In this document: positions 39,272 to 50,472 of the stretch, in pieces
Position numbering within the stretch: position 1 is the first letter of the stretch
How the letters are laid out: each line of letters opens with the position of its first letter
Assembly (NCBI GenBank): GCA_965216315.1
Contig: CBDCFN010000016.1
Coordinates: forward strand, 1,344,001 to 1,408,000
Reading direction: 5' to 3'
DNA: 64,000 nt
From: a bacterium
GTDB lineage: Bacteria > UBA10199 > 2-02-FULL-50-16 > JAJFLM01
Notes under the pieces: generated by a model
Database searches by the model: none
What the model was told of the DNA's origin: nothing
Seen by the model: only the letters and a program-made list of their open reading frames with translations
Program-made: the position numbers and the translations under genes

Positions 39272-39299
39272 ACGTCGCATAAGATATATTATGTCAAAT
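39272..39299. other. Chromosomal dif site (XerC/XerD)
   Basis: ACGTCGCATAA-GATATA-TTATGTCAAAT, 11-6-11 layout closely resembling E. coli dif; intergenic; near the coding-strand switch. Confidence 0.88.
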
Positions 39300-39441
39300 A
39301 ATAGCGATATCAAGCGGGACTGCCTGGGGGCAGCATCTACATCACTCGTGATTAATTGACATAATATTTCACTTCGGGGGCTGCCGATCGCAGAGCGCTC
39401 GGCACTTTGGGCGCCAGAGGCGCTGATCCGACGCTAGCCCC

Positions 39442-41403
39442 TTACGATAGATAAGTATAGCCGGCAAGGGCCTGTTTGTATTCATGGAGAAGATCCATGC
39501 CTGAACTGGAACGGAGCTGGCCGGAGCGGATGGCTTGATCGACCTGGGCCTTGAAGCGGCGGACCAGGTCCTGGGTGTCATATTGGGTATCCTGCAAGAC
39601 CTCGTCGATGGATGAACCCCGCATGACTTCCTCGATATAGTAGCCCTTATCCTCGTTCGCATCGGCATAGACGTGGATCTCATTGACCCGTCCAAACAGA
39701 TTGTGATGGTCTCCCATGATATCCTGGTAGGCCCCTGTCAGGAAGATTCCCAGATAATAGGGTTCATCCCCGATCGCATGAACGGACACGCCCGCCCCAC
39801 TCGCCTCCATTTTGCCCTCGGAATCGCAGGTGATATCCACCAAAGACGCCACGTATTCGGGCTTTTCATTCAGGCGATGAATCGGAACGATGGGAAACAA
39901 CTGATCAATAGCCCAGTTGTCGAGTAAGGACTGGAAGATAGAGAAATTACAGACGTATTGGGACCCCAGGTCGGCTGCCAGCTGAGTAATTTCAGCCGGA
40001 ACGGAGCCCTGTTGCTCACAGCGATGAACGATCATGCCGGCGACGTGCCAATAGAGATCCTCCACCTTGGCTCGCGTTTCCAGATCCATCATGCCGACAT
40101 CAAAAAGACTTAAGGCCTCTTCGCGGATATGATGCAGTTGATGATAGGAACGAACCAAGTCACGGCCGGCTTCGATTTCGCTTAGCAGGCCCAGTATATC
40201 CCGGACCAGGCGGTGTTCCGCATCAAGCGATTGAATTTGCAATAAACGCTCTCCGCGCCCCTTTTCGACGTTTGCAAAGGCTTCGACGAGTAAAACGGCA
40301 TGGGGAGCCACGATAAAGCGACCGCTCTCTGACAAGAGACCGGGATGAGAGACGCGTTCTTCATTACAAATGTCACGCACGCAATTAACGATCGTGCTGG
40401 CGTATTCTTCGACGGAGTAATTCTTCGATGACGCCTGACTCGAGGCCGTGCCATCATAGTCGACGGCCAAGCCCCCGCCGACATCCAGATATTCGAGAGG
40501 AGCCCCCAAATGCACAAATTTCGCATAGTATCGGGTGGCCTCACGCGTCGCCGCCTGAAAAGAACGAATATCCGGTATTTGCGACCCAATATGAAAATGA
40601 ATCATCTTAAAAGCTGAAGCCAGCCCGTGGGATTGCAAGCGCTCCCACGCCGTCAGCGCCTCGGACGCGTTCAGCCCGAATTTCGCACACTCCCCGCTCG
40701 AATCGGACCATTTTCCACTCCCGCGGCTATACAGGCGCATACGAATCCCGAGTTGGGGACAAACTTTGAGTTCGTGAGACAATCGGATAATTCGATCCAC
40801 CTCATCAAGCTTCTCGATGACAATAATGATGGTGCGACCCAAGCGTTGTGCTTGCAGAGCCAACCGAATAAAGGTGTCATCTTTATACCCATTACAAATA
40901 ATGGGTCGTTCCCCATTATCATTAATTGCCAAAGCGGCTACGAGCTCTGCTTTACTCCCTACCTCAAGCCCGAGTTGATAATCCCGTCCGGCTTCGAGTA
41001 TCTCTTCGACAACCTCACGAAGTTGATTGACCTTAACCGGATAAATTCCTTGATAATCATTTTCGTAACCCGCACTGCCAATCGCCCGATCAAAGGCCTG
41101 ATGCACCCTCTTGACGCGCTCCTGCAGTAAGTCCTGAAAACGAATTTGCAACGGAAAAGACAGGCCCTTCTCCTTAGCCTCTTCTGCAATCTCGAGCAGA
41201 GAGACAGGATGACTTTGGCGGCGCGGGTTACAGGTAACCTCTCCCCGCTCGTTGCCGGAAAAATATCCCAGCCCCCATCGATCCATCTTGTATAGAGCTA
41301 TTGAATCCGCCACCGACCAGGCCCGACGTTTAAGCGCCGGCATGGCATCCAGTATTTTAGCTCCTTTGATGGGAGAGCTCTTGTCAGGTTTGAGTATCTT
41401 CAT
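39442..41403 (-). CDS. speA: Biosynthetic arginine decarboxylase
   Basis: YPVKVNQ, GLEVGSKAEL, CNGYKD, HFHIGSQ, DVGGGLAVDYDG, DITCDSEG, GAYQDIMGDHHNLFG. Confidence 0.96.
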   Translation of the reverse strand: MKILKPDKSSPIKGAKILDAMPALKRRAWSVADSIALYKMDRWGLGYFSGNERGEVTCNPRRQSHPVSLLEIAEEAKEKGLSFPLQIRFQDLLQERVKRVHQAFDRAIGSAGYENDYQGIYPVKVNQLREVVEEILEAGRDYQLGLEVGSKAELVAALAINDNGERPIICNGYKDDTFIRLALQAQRLGRTIIIVIEKLDEVDRIIRLSHELKVCPQLGIRMRLYSRGSGKWSDSSGECAKFGLNASEALTAWERLQSHGLASAFKMIHFHIGSQIPDIRSFQAATREATRYYAKFVHLGAPLEYLDVGGGLAVDYDGTASSQASSKNYSVEEYASTIVNCVRDICNEERVSHPGLLSESGRFIVAPHAVLLVEAFANVEKGRGERLLQIQSLDAEHRLVRDILGLLSEIEAGRDLVRSYHQLHHIREEALSLFDVGMMDLETRAKVEDLYWHVAGMIVHRCEQQGSVPAEITQLAADLGSQYVCNFSIFQSLLDNWAIDQLFPIVPIHRLNEKPEYVASLVDITCDSEGKMEASGAGVSVHAIGDEPYYLGIFLTGAYQDIMGDHHNLFGRVNEIHVYADANEDKGYYIEEVMRGSSIDEVLQDTQYDTQDLVRRFKAQVDQAIRSGQLRSSSGMDLLHEYKQALAGYTYLS

Positions 41404-41596
41404 CGCAAGGTCGCCAGTATTAGCCTAAAAAAACGATTCGCGTCAATTGACCTAAATCCCTGCCCTAACGCCCTGAAAATACGTATGAAATAGCGCTTTC
41501 CCCTGATTCGTTCTTGTAAAATCATCCTATAAAGAGCAAAGTGTCGCCTCGGATCACGCGATCCTATTGATTGATAACACTTAAGAGGAGGATTTC

Positions 41597-42241
41597 ATGC
41601 AGGGATATAAGGGTTTATTTGCCATGGTGATGGCTACGGCCATCCTTTCTTTTGCTGCCTGCGGCGGCGGAGACAATAATAACAATAACAACACAGGTAC
41701 TTTAACGGATGAAGAGGCCGCATCAGCGGTCACGGCGGCTTTCAGCACCTACTCCACGGCCCTCTCGCAGGCTTTTGGTGGCGGTGGAGCCACCCTGCTC
41801 AGTGATGACGAGGCCTTAGTCGATACGATCAAGGACGTCATCAGCGTCAATCCATCGGGAAGTTGTTCCGATGGTCCGATTCCAAACCCGAGCGGTTCGG
41901 CATTTAACAATACCATCACCGGTGGAGGTGGCGGCAGCTGCACGCTCCTTATCGATGGTACGTCGAACACGTTCGACGCTGTACTCGATTGTACTGATTA
42001 CGTCCCGAATTCAGGAGACACGGTCTCGTTAGACGGAAAAGAGGGCTTTTCAGTCACATCCGCAGGAACAGGTGACGCGACGATTGCCTGGGGCTCTGAC
42101 AACCTTCAGATGACAATCAATGGAACGCTTTGTGACGTCAATATTGACTTTGCCGCTACGATCGCCGGGGAGGCTATTACCTTCAACGGCTGCATCGCAG
42201 CTTGCGGTCAAGGCTACACGATTTCCGGGACATCACCGTAA
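41597..42241 (+). CDS. Hypothetical Gly/Ser/Thr-rich lipoprotein
   Basis: Lipobox FAAC followed by GGGDN6; GAGGAGG RBS; six further Cys. Confidence 0.8.
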   Translation: MQGYKGLFAMVMATAILSFAACGGGDNNNNNNTGTLTDEEAASAVTAAFSTYSTALSQAFGGGGATLLSDDEALVDTIKDVISVNPSGSCSDGPIPNPSGSAFNNTITGGGGGSCTLLIDGTSNTFDAVLDCTDYVPNSGDTVSLDGKEGFSVTSAGTGDATIAWGSDNLQMTINGTLCDVNIDFAATIAGEAITFNGCIAACGQGYTISGTSP

Positions 42242-42261
42242 CTTAGCTTATTGATATCCTT

Positions 42262-42298
42262 AAAAAGCCCGGTCTGCTCCCGCAGGCCGGGTTTTTTT
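42262..42298. terminator. Bidirectional intrinsic terminator
   Basis: aaaaa-gcccggtctgc-tccc-gcaggccgggt-tttttt between convergent genes. Confidence 0.88.
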
Positions 42299-45200
42299 AT
42301 GCCTTTTTTAGGGCTTTATGATACGCCTGGACCGCTTTGACATCTAAGCCCTTGTAACGAATGGACTGAATCCCTTCGACAGCCGCGGCGGCCGCTGTGA
42401 TCGTCGTAAAGTAAGGAATCTGGCTCATAAGAGCCGTTCGTCGGATACTAAAAGAATCAAGCGCCGAAACCCGCCCTTCCGGTGTATTCATAACAACATC
42501 GACCTCACCTCGCTGTATGAGATCAACGATATGCGGAGAGCCCTCGGCCACTTTATTAATCCGTTCCGTTGCCACTCCGAGCGTCTGGAGATACTCACAG
42601 GTGCCGCTCGTGGCAATCAATCGAAATCCCATTTCAGCTAAGCTTTTCGCAATCGGACCGGCCGCGACTTTATCTTCGTCGCGCACGCTCAGAAAAACCG
42701 TCCCATCCAATGGCAAACCATTGCCACAAGCTAATTGTGACTTGGCAAAAGCCCTCCCAAAGCTCTCGTCAATTCCCATGCCCTCCCCTGTCGACTTCAT
42801 CTCCGGTCCTAGGATGGTATCGACTCCGGGAAATTTCGTAAACGGAAAGACGGACTCCTTCACGGAGAAGTGGCTCGGAACGATCTCTTTAGTAAAGCCT
42901 TGTGAACGCAAACTAATACCAACCATCGTCTTAGCGGCTATTTTGGCCAGGGGTTCCCCTATCGCCTTGGAAACAAAAGGAACACTACGCGAAGCCCGTG
43001 GATTGACTTCGATGATGAAAACCTGATCCCCTTTCAAAGCAAATTGAACATTCATCAGCCCAATGACATTCAGCTCTAAGGCCATCAATTTCGTCTGGCG
43101 GGAAATCTCATTAATAAGCTTCTTTGGTAGACTGTGGGGCGGCAAGGCCATGGCGCTATCACCGGAATGAATCCCCGCCTCTTCAATATGCTCCATAATG
43201 CCACCAACAACGACCTGCTTTCCGTCCGACACGGCATCGACATCAACTTCGACGGCCCCATCCAAAAACTGATCGATCAAAACGGGATGGGACGGAGACA
43301 TGACCACCGCCTCTTTCATATACCTGCGCAAGGCCGTCTCGTCGTAAACAATCTGCATGGCACGACCACCGAGGACATAAGACGGCCTAACCACGATGGG
43401 ATACCCGATCCTTTTGGCTATCTTAACCGCCTGTGCTTCTGATTCGGCCGTTCCGTTCATAGGCTGTAACAACTTCAGCTTACGTATCATCTTCGCAAAT
43501 TGCTTGCGGTCTTCAGCGCGATCAATGCTATTCGGTGAAGTCCCGATAATCGGCACTTTGGCCTTCTGCAACGGAACGGCTAATTTAAGGGGAGTCTGAC
43601 CACCGAATTGAACGATGACACCCTTCGGTTTTTCGGTCTCGACAATTTGCATCACGTCCTCAAAGGTCAGTGGTTCAAAATAAAGCCGATCTGAAATGTC
43701 ATAATCAGTACTGACGGTCTCGGGATTGCAATTGACCATTATCGTTTCATAGCCCTCCTCACGCAAGGCAAGGCTGGCATGAACGGCACAATAATCAAAT
43801 TCAATCCCCTGACCGATACGATTAGGACCGCCACCCAGTATCATGATTTTCTTGCGTGAAGACACGCGCACTTCATCTTCATCATCATAGCTAGAATAAT
43901 AATAAGGCGTTTGCGCCTCAAACTCAGCGGCACAGGTGTCGACAAGTTTGTACCCAGGAGTCAGCTTGAGCCGTTTGCGTTCCTTACGAACATCCGTTTC
44001 TTTTTTGCCAATGACGGTTGCAATGCGACTATCTGCAAAGCCCTGCTCCTTTGCCCCCCGTAAGATCTCCCGTCGCTTGGCTTTATTTCGTTCCTTTTTA
44101 AGCTTGGAAACTTCTTTAGTCTCATAACGAATAATCTCGGAGATGTGGTAAAGGAACCACGGATCGATCTTCGTCCACTTCTGAACGTCTCTGAGGGATA
44201 TGTCGCGGCGAAAAGCCTCCCCGATGTACCAAAGCCGATCTGAATTAGGAACGGAGAGTTTTTCACGAATAATGCGCCTTGCCTTTTGTTTGAGTCGCGG
44301 TAGCCCCATATCGACGAATCCATCCCGGTCGATTTCCATTGATCGCATCGCTTTATGGAGACTCTCACGAAAGGTCCGGCCGATCGACATCACTTCACCA
44401 ACCGATCTCATCTGTGTCGTTAAGCGATTGTCGGTTTGTGAAAATTTCTCAAAGGTAAATCGAGGAATTTTTGTCACGACATAATCTATCATCGGCTCAA
44501 ACGAAGCCGGCGTGGTACCGGTAATGTCATTGGTGATTTCATCCAAAGTGTAGCCGACCGCCAGTTTGGCAGCTATCTTGGCAATGGGGAATCCGGTCGC
44601 CTTTGATGCTAGAGCAGAGCTTCTGGAAACGCGTGGGTTCATTTCAATAACAATCAGGCGACCGTCTTTGGGGTTGATCGCAAATTGAATATTCGAACCC
44701 CCTGTATCAACGCCTATTTCGCGAATAATTTTAAGCGAGGCATTCCGCAGTATTTGGTATTCTTTATCCGTTAAGGTCTGAGCGGGAGCAATCGTAATGG
44801 AATCACCTGTATGAACCCCCATCGCATCAAGATTCTCAATCGAACAGATAATGACGACATTATCCTTGGTGTCACGCATGACCTCGAGTTCGTATTCTTT
44901 CCAGCCGACTGCCGATTCTTCCACGAGAATCTGGGTAATGGGCGATGCTTCAAGCCCTAACTTGGCATATTCCTCAAACTCTTTTTCATTCTTGGCTACG
45001 TTGCCACCGGTGCCACCAAGCGTAAAAGCCGGCCGAATAATCGCCGGATACTTCGTTTTCTTGACAACCTCTCGGGCCTCATCCATGGTCTTCGCAAAAC
45101 CACTGCGCGGCATTTCAAGGCCAATCCGTTCCATCGCTTCCTTAAAAAGCTCCCGATCTTCAGCCATTTCAATGGCCGGCAGCTTAGCCCCGATCAGTTC

Positions 45201-45539
45201 GACGTTGTACTTGTCGAGTATTCCCCCTTTAGCGAGGGCCACAGCGGTATTAAGGGCGGTCTGGCCACCCAGAGTCGGCAACAAGGCTTCCGGCTTTTCT
45301 TTGGCCAGTATCTTTTCAACGATGTCGACTTGAATCGGTTCAATATAGGTCTTATCTGCAATATCCGGATCCGTCATGATCGTCGCTGGATTAGAATTGA
45401 TGAGGATTATCTTATAACCTTCCTCACGCAGCGCTTTACAGGCCTGAGTCCCCGAATAATCAAATTCACAAGCCTGCCCAATAACAATGGGACCCGATCC
45501 AATGATGCATATTTTCTTTATGTCAGTACGTTTTGGCAT
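42297..45539 (-). CDS. carB: Carbamoyl-phosphate synthase large subunit
   Basis: [24 protein letters not shown], duplicated ATP-grasp, MGS domain. Confidence 0.98.
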   Translation of the reverse strand: MPKRTDIKKICIIGSGPIVIGQACEFDYSGTQACKALREEGYKIILINSNPATIMTDPDIADKTYIEPIQVDIVEKILAKEKPEALLPTLGGQTALNTAVALAKGGILDKYNVELIGAKLPAIEMAEDRELFKEAMERIGLEMPRSGFAKTMDEAREVVKKTKYPAIIRPAFTLGGTGGNVAKNEKEFEEYAKLGLEASPITQILVEESAVGWKEYELEVMRDTKDNVVIICSIENLDAMGVHTGDSITIAPAQTLTDKEYQILRNASLKIIREIGVDTGGSNIQFAINPKDGRLIVIEMNPRVSRSSALASKATGFPIAKIAAKLAVGYTLDEITNDITGTTPASFEPMIDYVVTKIPRFTFEKFSQTDNRLTTQMRSVGEVMSIGRTFRESLHKAMRSMEIDRDGFVDMGLPRLKQKARRIIREKLSVPNSDRLWYIGEAFRRDISLRDVQKWTKIDPWFLYHISEIIRYETKEVSKLKKERNKAKRREILRGAKEQGFADSRIATVIGKKETDVRKERKRLKLTPGYKLVDTCAAEFEAQTPYYYSSYDDEDEVRVSSRKKIMILGGGPNRIGQGIEFDYCAVHASLALREEGYETIMVNCNPETVSTDYDISDRLYFEPLTFEDVMQIVETEKPKGVIVQFGGQTPLKLAVPLQKAKVPIIGTSPNSIDRAEDRKQFAKMIRKLKLLQPMNGTAESEAQAVKIAKRIGYPIVVRPSYVLGGRAMQIVYDETALRRYMKEAVVMSPSHPVLIDQFLDGAVEVDVDAVSDGKQVVVGGIMEHIEEAGIHSGDSAMALPPHSLPKKLINEISRQTKLMALELNVIGLMNVQFALKGDQVFIIEVNPRASRSVPFVSKAIGEPLAKIAAKTMVGISLRSQGFTKEIVPSHFSVKESVFPFTKFPGVDTILGPEMKSTGEGMGIDESFGRAFAKSQLACGNGLPLDGTVFLSVRDEDKVAAGPIAKSLAEMGFRLIATSGTCEYLQTLGVATERINKVAEGSPHIVDLIQRGEVDVVMNTPEGRVSALDSFSIRRTALMSQIPYFTTITAAAAAVEGIQSIRYKGLDVKAVQAYHKALKKA

Positions 45540-45549
45540 ATCTATCAAA

Positions 45550-45606
45550 CCTCTCCCGACCTTCGGCCACCCTCTCCTTACTTAAGGAGAGGGGCTGGAG
45601 GTGAGG
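45550..45606. repeat. Intergenic family-B repeat between carA and carB
   Basis: cctctccc...ccctctcctt-actt-aaggagaggg-gctggaggtgagg; same layout as the mtaB insert. Confidence 0.7.
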
Positions 45607-45607
45607 T

Positions 45608-46729
45608 CTATCCTTTCATCAATTGAATAAACCTCTCAAACAAATAGTGCGAATCATGCGGCCCAGGCGACGCCTCCGGGTGATATTGGACCGAAAAGAC
45701 ATTATGCTTTTTAAGCTGTATTCCCTCGACCGTTTTATCGTTGAGATTAACATGAGTCAGCTGCGCCTTTTTCTGCAGCGAATCGACATCGACAGCAAAA
45801 CCGTGGTTTTGGGCTGTAATTTCAACCTTGCGCGTCGATAAATCCATCACCGGATGATTGCCCCCATGATGCCCGAATTTGAGTTTGTAGGTCGAGCCGC
45901 CGAGGGCCAAAGAAAGGAGTTGGTGCCCCAGGCAAATACCGAAAATCGGAACAGAGCCGACGAGTTGGTTGATGTTTTCGATGGCATAATTCACGGCAGC
46001 CGGATCTCCCGGACCATTAGATAAAAACACGCCATCAGGCTTCATTTTGAGAACCTGGTCGGCCGTCGTCGCCGCCGGCACGACCTCAACATGACAACCT
46101 ACACCAACTAAATTCCGTAAGATACTGTATTTTATGCCAAAATCATATGCCACTACGCGGAATTTGAGCGCGGCCTTCTTAAGTGGCTTCCCGGTGAGAT
46201 CGGTCAGGCCTTCCTTCCATTGATAAGCCGCTTTACAACTCACCCGTTTGACCAAATCGGCGCCCTCGATCCGAGGAGCCGCAGCAAGCTTTTTAAGGAG
46301 TCGTTTCGTATCAAAATCCCGACTTGAAATGATCCCCATCTTAGCGCCTTCGTCCCGAAGGTGTCTTGTCAAGGCACGTGTATCAATCGCTTGTATTCCC
46401 ACCACCCGATTGCGCTTTAAATAACTATCTAAGGTAGAGCGACACCGGAAATTACTCGGCATCGAATTATAGTTTTTGACAATATACCCTGATAGAAAGG
46501 CGCGACGCGACTCATCATCATCATTATTAACGCCGTAGTTGCCGATTTCCGGGTAAGTCATGCAAACAATCTGGCCACAATAAGACGGATCGCTGATAAT
46601 CTCTTGATAGCCGGCCATGCTGGTATTAAAAACAACTTCACCGGTCGCTTCACCTTCGGCTCCAAAATGCTTCCCGGAGAAGACACGTCCATCCTCAAGA
46701 ACTAATATGGCTGCTTTATTCTTCGGCAT
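45608..46729 (-). CDS. carA: Carbamoyl-phosphate synthase small subunit
   Basis: [33 protein letters not shown]. Confidence 0.98.
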   Translation of the reverse strand: MPKNKAAILVLEDGRVFSGKHFGAEGEATGEVVFNTSMAGYQEIISDPSYCGQIVCMTYPEIGNYGVNNDDDESRRAFLSGYIVKNYNSMPSNFRCRSTLDSYLKRNRVVGIQAIDTRALTRHLRDEGAKMGIISSRDFDTKRLLKKLAAAPRIEGADLVKRVSCKAAYQWKEGLTDLTGKPLKKAALKFRVVAYDFGIKYSILRNLVGVGCHVEVVPAATTADQVLKMKPDGVFLSNGPGDPAAVNYAIENINQLVGSVPIFGICLGHQLLSLALGGSTYKLKFGHHGGNHPVMDLSTRKVEITAQNHGFAVDVDSLQKKAQLTHVNLNDKTVEGIQLKKHNVFSVQYHPEASPGPHDSHYLFERFIQLMKG

Positions 46730-48002
46730 CGTACACTGACTCCCCCGCAACTATCGTATGAATCACACGACCAATGAGCGCTTTACCGCCAAAAGGCGTA
46801 TTGTGTGAACGAGACCGAAACTGGGCTGGATCCACATTCCAACAGGCCTCCGGATCAACTATCGTTACATCACCATCGGTCCCCGGCTCGAGCCGCCCTT
46901 TGCTATCGAGTTTCAGGATACGGGCTGGATTACACGTCATTTTAGCAATCAACTCCGCTTCCGAAAGTCCGGCTTCTCTTCCCACCGTCCAAGCCACAGC
47001 AAAAGCTGTTTCCAGCCCAACCATTCCCGGCGCCGCAAATTCAAAGGCCACGTCTTTTTCCATTGAACTATGCGGCGCATGGTCGGTTGCAATGACGTCG
47101 ATAATTCCCCGCTTTAATGCCTGGAGTAATTGGCGGCGATCACTCTTAGTCCGTAACGGCGGATTAACCTTTGCCTCGGTACGAAAACCAAGCACCTCTT
47201 CCTCTGTAAGAAACAAATGGTGAGGTGTTACCTCACATGTGACCCCGATACCTTTATCTTTTGCTTTAGCGATGATCTCAATCGCTTCTCCGGAGGAAAC
47301 ATGGGCAATATGCAGATGGGCACGCGTTAAAGCAGCTAAGGCGCAATCACGCGCCACCATCACCGCCTCGGCCGTTGCCGGGCTTCCGTTGAGACCTAAC
47401 TGCGTCGCCACCCAGCCCTCGTTGATGCCCGGATAACCGGCAAAGTCTGGGTCTTCTGAATGCGTGATGACCGGGAGTCCAAAAGATTTTGAATACTCCA
47501 GAACCTTGCGCATAATCTTCGCATCAGTGACACAATGACCATCATCGGAGACCGCAACAATACCGTATTGGCTCATTTCGCCAATTTCGGCCAAGCTCTC
47601 GCCCGCGAGATTTTTCGTGGCGGCACCCACGGGATAAACATTGACACAGGCCTCACGCGCCACTTGTGCCATGATATACCGAGTCACTGAGGCATTATCA
47701 TTAACCGGGTTTGTATTCGCCATACAGACAAGACTCGTAAACCCGCCGGCTGCTGCCGCTTCACAGCCGGTTTTAATCGTTTCCTTATGCTCCCCTCCAG
47801 GCTCACGTAAATGGGTGTGCATATCAATCAGCCCGGGAATAACCAGCTTGCCCGCCGCATCGATAACCACAGCCCCGCGCTTTTGACGCACTTTAGCCTG
47901 AACCTCTTCGATGCGTCCATCAATGATACGAACATCAGCGACTTGATCAAACCCTGATGACGGATTAATAACGCGGCCTTTATGAATTATGAGTTCACTC
48001 AT
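46716..48002 (-). CDS. pyrC: Dihydroorotase
   Basis: [37 protein letters not shown]. Confidence 0.96.
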   Translation of the reverse strand: MSELIIHKGRVINPSSGFDQVADVRIIDGRIEEVQAKVRQKRGAVVIDAAGKLVIPGLIDMHTHLREPGGEHKETIKTGCEAAAAGGFTSLVCMANTNPVNDNASVTRYIMAQVAREACVNVYPVGAATKNLAGESLAEIGEMSQYGIVAVSDDGHCVTDAKIMRKVLEYSKSFGLPVITHSEDPDFAGYPGINEGWVATQLGLNGSPATAEAVMVARDCALAALTRAHLHIAHVSSGEAIEIIAKAKDKGIGVTCEVTPHHLFLTEEEVLGFRTEAKVNPPLRTKSDRRQLLQALKRGIIDVIATDHAPHSSMEKDVAFEFAAPGMVGLETAFAVAWTVGREAGLSEAELIAKMTCNPARILKLDSKGRLEPGTDGDVTIVDPEACWNVDPAQFRSRSHNTPFGGKALIGRVIHTIVAGESVYDAEE

Positions 48003-48993
48003 TCTCTTCGTCGCTCTTCCATTTACTGTGATGCACAAGCAAGTACAAAACCGCCATCCGGACAGCAATCCCATTAGTCACTTGGTCAAGGATCATATTG
48101 CGTGGTCGAACCGCTTCAGCACCATCCTTTACTAAAGCCGTATCAGCAATAGCAGGAGAAATTTCTACGCCACGATTGATTGGGCCGGGATGCATAATAA
48201 TCGCCGTATCTTTCATAAACTCAACCGCTTCATCACCAAGTCCAAAGAAGCGCGCATATTCACGGAGAGTAGGAAAATTGGCCTGATCCTGCCGCTCTTG
48301 CTGGATACGCAGTAAAATAACCGCATCGGCCTGCGGCAGAGCCTCACGTAAATAATGATAGACTTCGACTCCCATTTCTTCGAGCCCGTAAGGCATTAGC
48401 GTCGCCGGACCCACAACGGAAATGCGAGCCCCTAATTTGCGAAAACCATAGATGTTAGACCGAGCGACCCGGCTAAACCGTATATCCCCGATAATCACGA
48501 CATGCTTGCCTTCAAGATCTCCCAAGGCTTCTCGAGCTGTGAATAAATCGATCAGCGCCTGAGTGGGATGCTCATGGGCCCCATCGCCTGCACTCACGAC
48601 GGAGGCATCGGTATATTCAGTAAATAAGGAGGGAACACCGCTACTCTTATGACGGACGATCAATATATCCGGCCTCATGGCATTCAAGGTTTCCCCCATA
48701 TCCTTTAAACTCTCCCCTTTCGAAAGACTGGAGCTCCCCGTATTAATATTCAATAAGTCGGCAGAGAGCCGTTTGGAGGCTAGTTCAAAGGAAGTCCGCG
48801 TACGCGTCGAGGGCTCAAAGAAAAGGTTCATGATAGTCCGCCCGCGCAATGAAGGGACCTTCTTGATCTGTCGAAACAAAACTTCCTTAAAAGATTTGGC
48901 GGTATCCAGAATAGCTGAAATCTCCCCGGCCTCGAGATCGCGCAGCCCTAAGAGATGTTTACGGTTAAATTGTTGTGCCGCGGCCTCAACCAT
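47995..48993 (-). CDS. pyrB: Aspartate carbamoyltransferase catalytic subunit
   Basis: FFEPSTRTRTSFE, HEHPTQAL, LRIQQER, MHPGPINRG. Confidence 0.97.
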   Translation of the reverse strand: MVEAAAQQFNRKHLLGLRDLEAGEISAILDTAKSFKEVLFRQIKKVPSLRGRTIMNLFFEPSTRTRTSFELASKRLSADLLNINTGSSSLSKGESLKDMGETLNAMRPDILIVRHKSSGVPSLFTEYTDASVVSAGDGAHEHPTQALIDLFTAREALGDLEGKHVVIIGDIRFSRVARSNIYGFRKLGARISVVGPATLMPYGLEEMGVEVYHYLREALPQADAVILLRIQQERQDQANFPTLREYARFFGLGDEAVEFMKDTAIIMHPGPINRGVEISPAIADTALVKDGAEAVRPRNMILDQVTNGIAVRMAVLYLLVHHSKWKSDEENE

Positions 48994-49516
48994 GAGGGCC
49001 TCCCCGCTCGATAACAACACTATCATCCCCATCGACTTCTTTCAGTCTGACTTCGACATTATCCGTCGGCTGGGTTTCGATTTGTTTTCCCACGATATCC
49101 GCCTGAATGGGCAGTTCACGATGACCGCGATCAATCAAAACAACAAGAATGACCCGGCTCGGACGTCCATACTCCAACAACGCATTTAAAGCCGCTCGGA
49201 TTGTCCGGCCTGTGAAGAGGACATCGTCAACCAGATAGACAATGCGATCATCGACTGAAAACGGCAGATTGGTCACACCAATCTGCGGATTAGGCGCGAT
49301 ATGGGAAAGATCGTCCCGGTAGAAAGTGATATCGAGGCTCCCCACTTCGGGTTGCGCGTCTCCCGCCTTAAGCAAACGAGCAGCTAAGCGCTCCGCGAGC
49401 GGAATGCCCCGGCGCCGTATCCCGACCAGGAGGGGCTGATCCACCCTTTCCTTCACGATAGCAGCGGTCAGGCTATCCAGGATCTGAGCAATCTCCTGTG
49501 CGCCCATCAACTGCAT
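48986..49516 (-). CDS. pyrR: Bifunctional pyr regulator / uracil phosphoribosyltransferase PyrR
   Basis: LDITFYRDDL, VDDVLFTGRTIRAAL, DRGHRELPIQAD. Confidence 0.95.
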   Translation of the reverse strand: MQLMGAQEIAQILDSLTAAIVKERVDQPLLVGIRRRGIPLAERLAARLLKAGDAQPEVGSLDITFYRDDLSHIAPNPQIGVTNLPFSVDDRIVYLVDDVLFTGRTIRAALNALLEYGRPSRVILVVLIDRGHRELPIQADIVGKQIETQPTDNVEVRLKEVDGDDSVVIERGGPHG

Positions 49517-49539
49517 GAGGAAATCCCCTTTAAATTCCT

Positions 49540-49574
49540 AAAAAAAACCTCCCCGAAGGAAATTCTGAGGAGGT
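49540..49574 (-). terminator. Terminator in the pyr operon leader (candidate attenuator)
   Basis: Minus strand acctcctcagaa-tttcc-ttcggggaggt then T-run, between promoter and pyrR. Confidence 0.75.
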
Positions 49575-49611
49575 CAAGAAGGCACAAACCGGCGTTGGAC
49601 ATTAAAGCGGT

Positions 49612-49640
49612 CTTCTATTCACTACCGCCGCCCTTGTCAA
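49612..49640 (-). promoter_or_regulatory. Sigma70-type promoter of the pyr operon
   Basis: TTGACA-17bp-TAGAAG on the minus strand. Confidence 0.55.
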
Positions 49641-49668
49641 GAAATTGCCTTCCGAGGGTGAAATTTCC

Positions 49669-50442
49669 CTATTCCAGCCAATGACCGAAGCGGTCCCAGC
49701 GGACCCCGAATTTATCATAATTGAGAGAGAGCCAGACAAACATGGCTCGCCCTTTGAGGTTGGTTAGCGGAACAAAGCCCCAATCACGGCTATCTGAAGA
49801 GCGATTCCGGTTATCCCCAATAACAAAAAAGTGCCCTGCCGGTATCGTCACATCAAAACGCATCGGCATCGCCGCGCGGTGATACTGAACCACAAAGTGC
49901 TTGTCCGCTATCGTTTCAATATAAAACTCGTAATCACTCCAATTAGGAAAGCTGTTCACCTCAAACGAAGGGACATTACTGTTCTTCAGAACCGGCTCAA
50001 TCTTGAGGAGCCCATCGCGCGCGGAGGCCTTGGCCCGTACTTTCGGCACCTCGACCTCATTAATATAGAGTCGCTTACCGTCCATAGCAATACGGTCACC
50101 GGGTAAACCAATGACACGTTTAATGAAATCTTTTTTCTCATCAATAGGATAGATAAAAACGGCAATATCCGCCCGCTCCGGATTGCCAAAACGGGCAATC
50201 CAATTCTTGCTCAGCGGCACCCGCAAGCCATAGGCGAATTTGTTCACAAAAAGATGGTCGCCGATCAAAATAGAAGGCACCATGGAGGCTGAGGGCACTT
50301 TAAACGCCTCAATGACAAAAGAGCGCAAAACAACCGCTACAAGCAGGGCCGTAATCAAGGCCTCTGAGTATTCCCGAAGCTTTGACTTCTTCTTTTTTAC
50401 AGGCTTTGCTGCCTCGACTCCTTGTTCTTTAGCATCGGTCAT
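49669..50442 (-). CDS. lepB: Signal peptidase I
   Basis: PSASM catalytic Ser, FIKRVIGLPGD, GDNRNRSSDSR. Confidence 0.96.
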   Translation of the reverse strand: MTDAKEQGVEAAKPVKKKKSKLREYSEALITALLVAVVLRSFVIEAFKVPSASMVPSILIGDHLFVNKFAYGLRVPLSKNWIARFGNPERADIAVFIYPIDEKKDFIKRVIGLPGDRIAMDGKRLYINEVEVPKVRAKASARDGLLKIEPVLKNSNVPSFEVNSFPNWSDYEFYIETIADKHFVVQYHRAAMPMRFDVTIPAGHFFVIGDNRNRSSDSRDWGFVPLTNLKGRAMFVWLSLNYDKFGVRWDRFGHWLE

Positions 50443-50472
50443 CGAATAGTCCTCATATATATCTGGACGCCT

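Noticed and set aside
39410..39445. GTAAGGGGC at the speA stop as a family-A REP
   Set aside because: Lacks the GTAG foot and a clean hairpin
39369..39695. Out-of-frame ORF at the end of speA suggesting a frameshift
   Set aside because: SpeA ends normally (GYTYL); no sign of recoding
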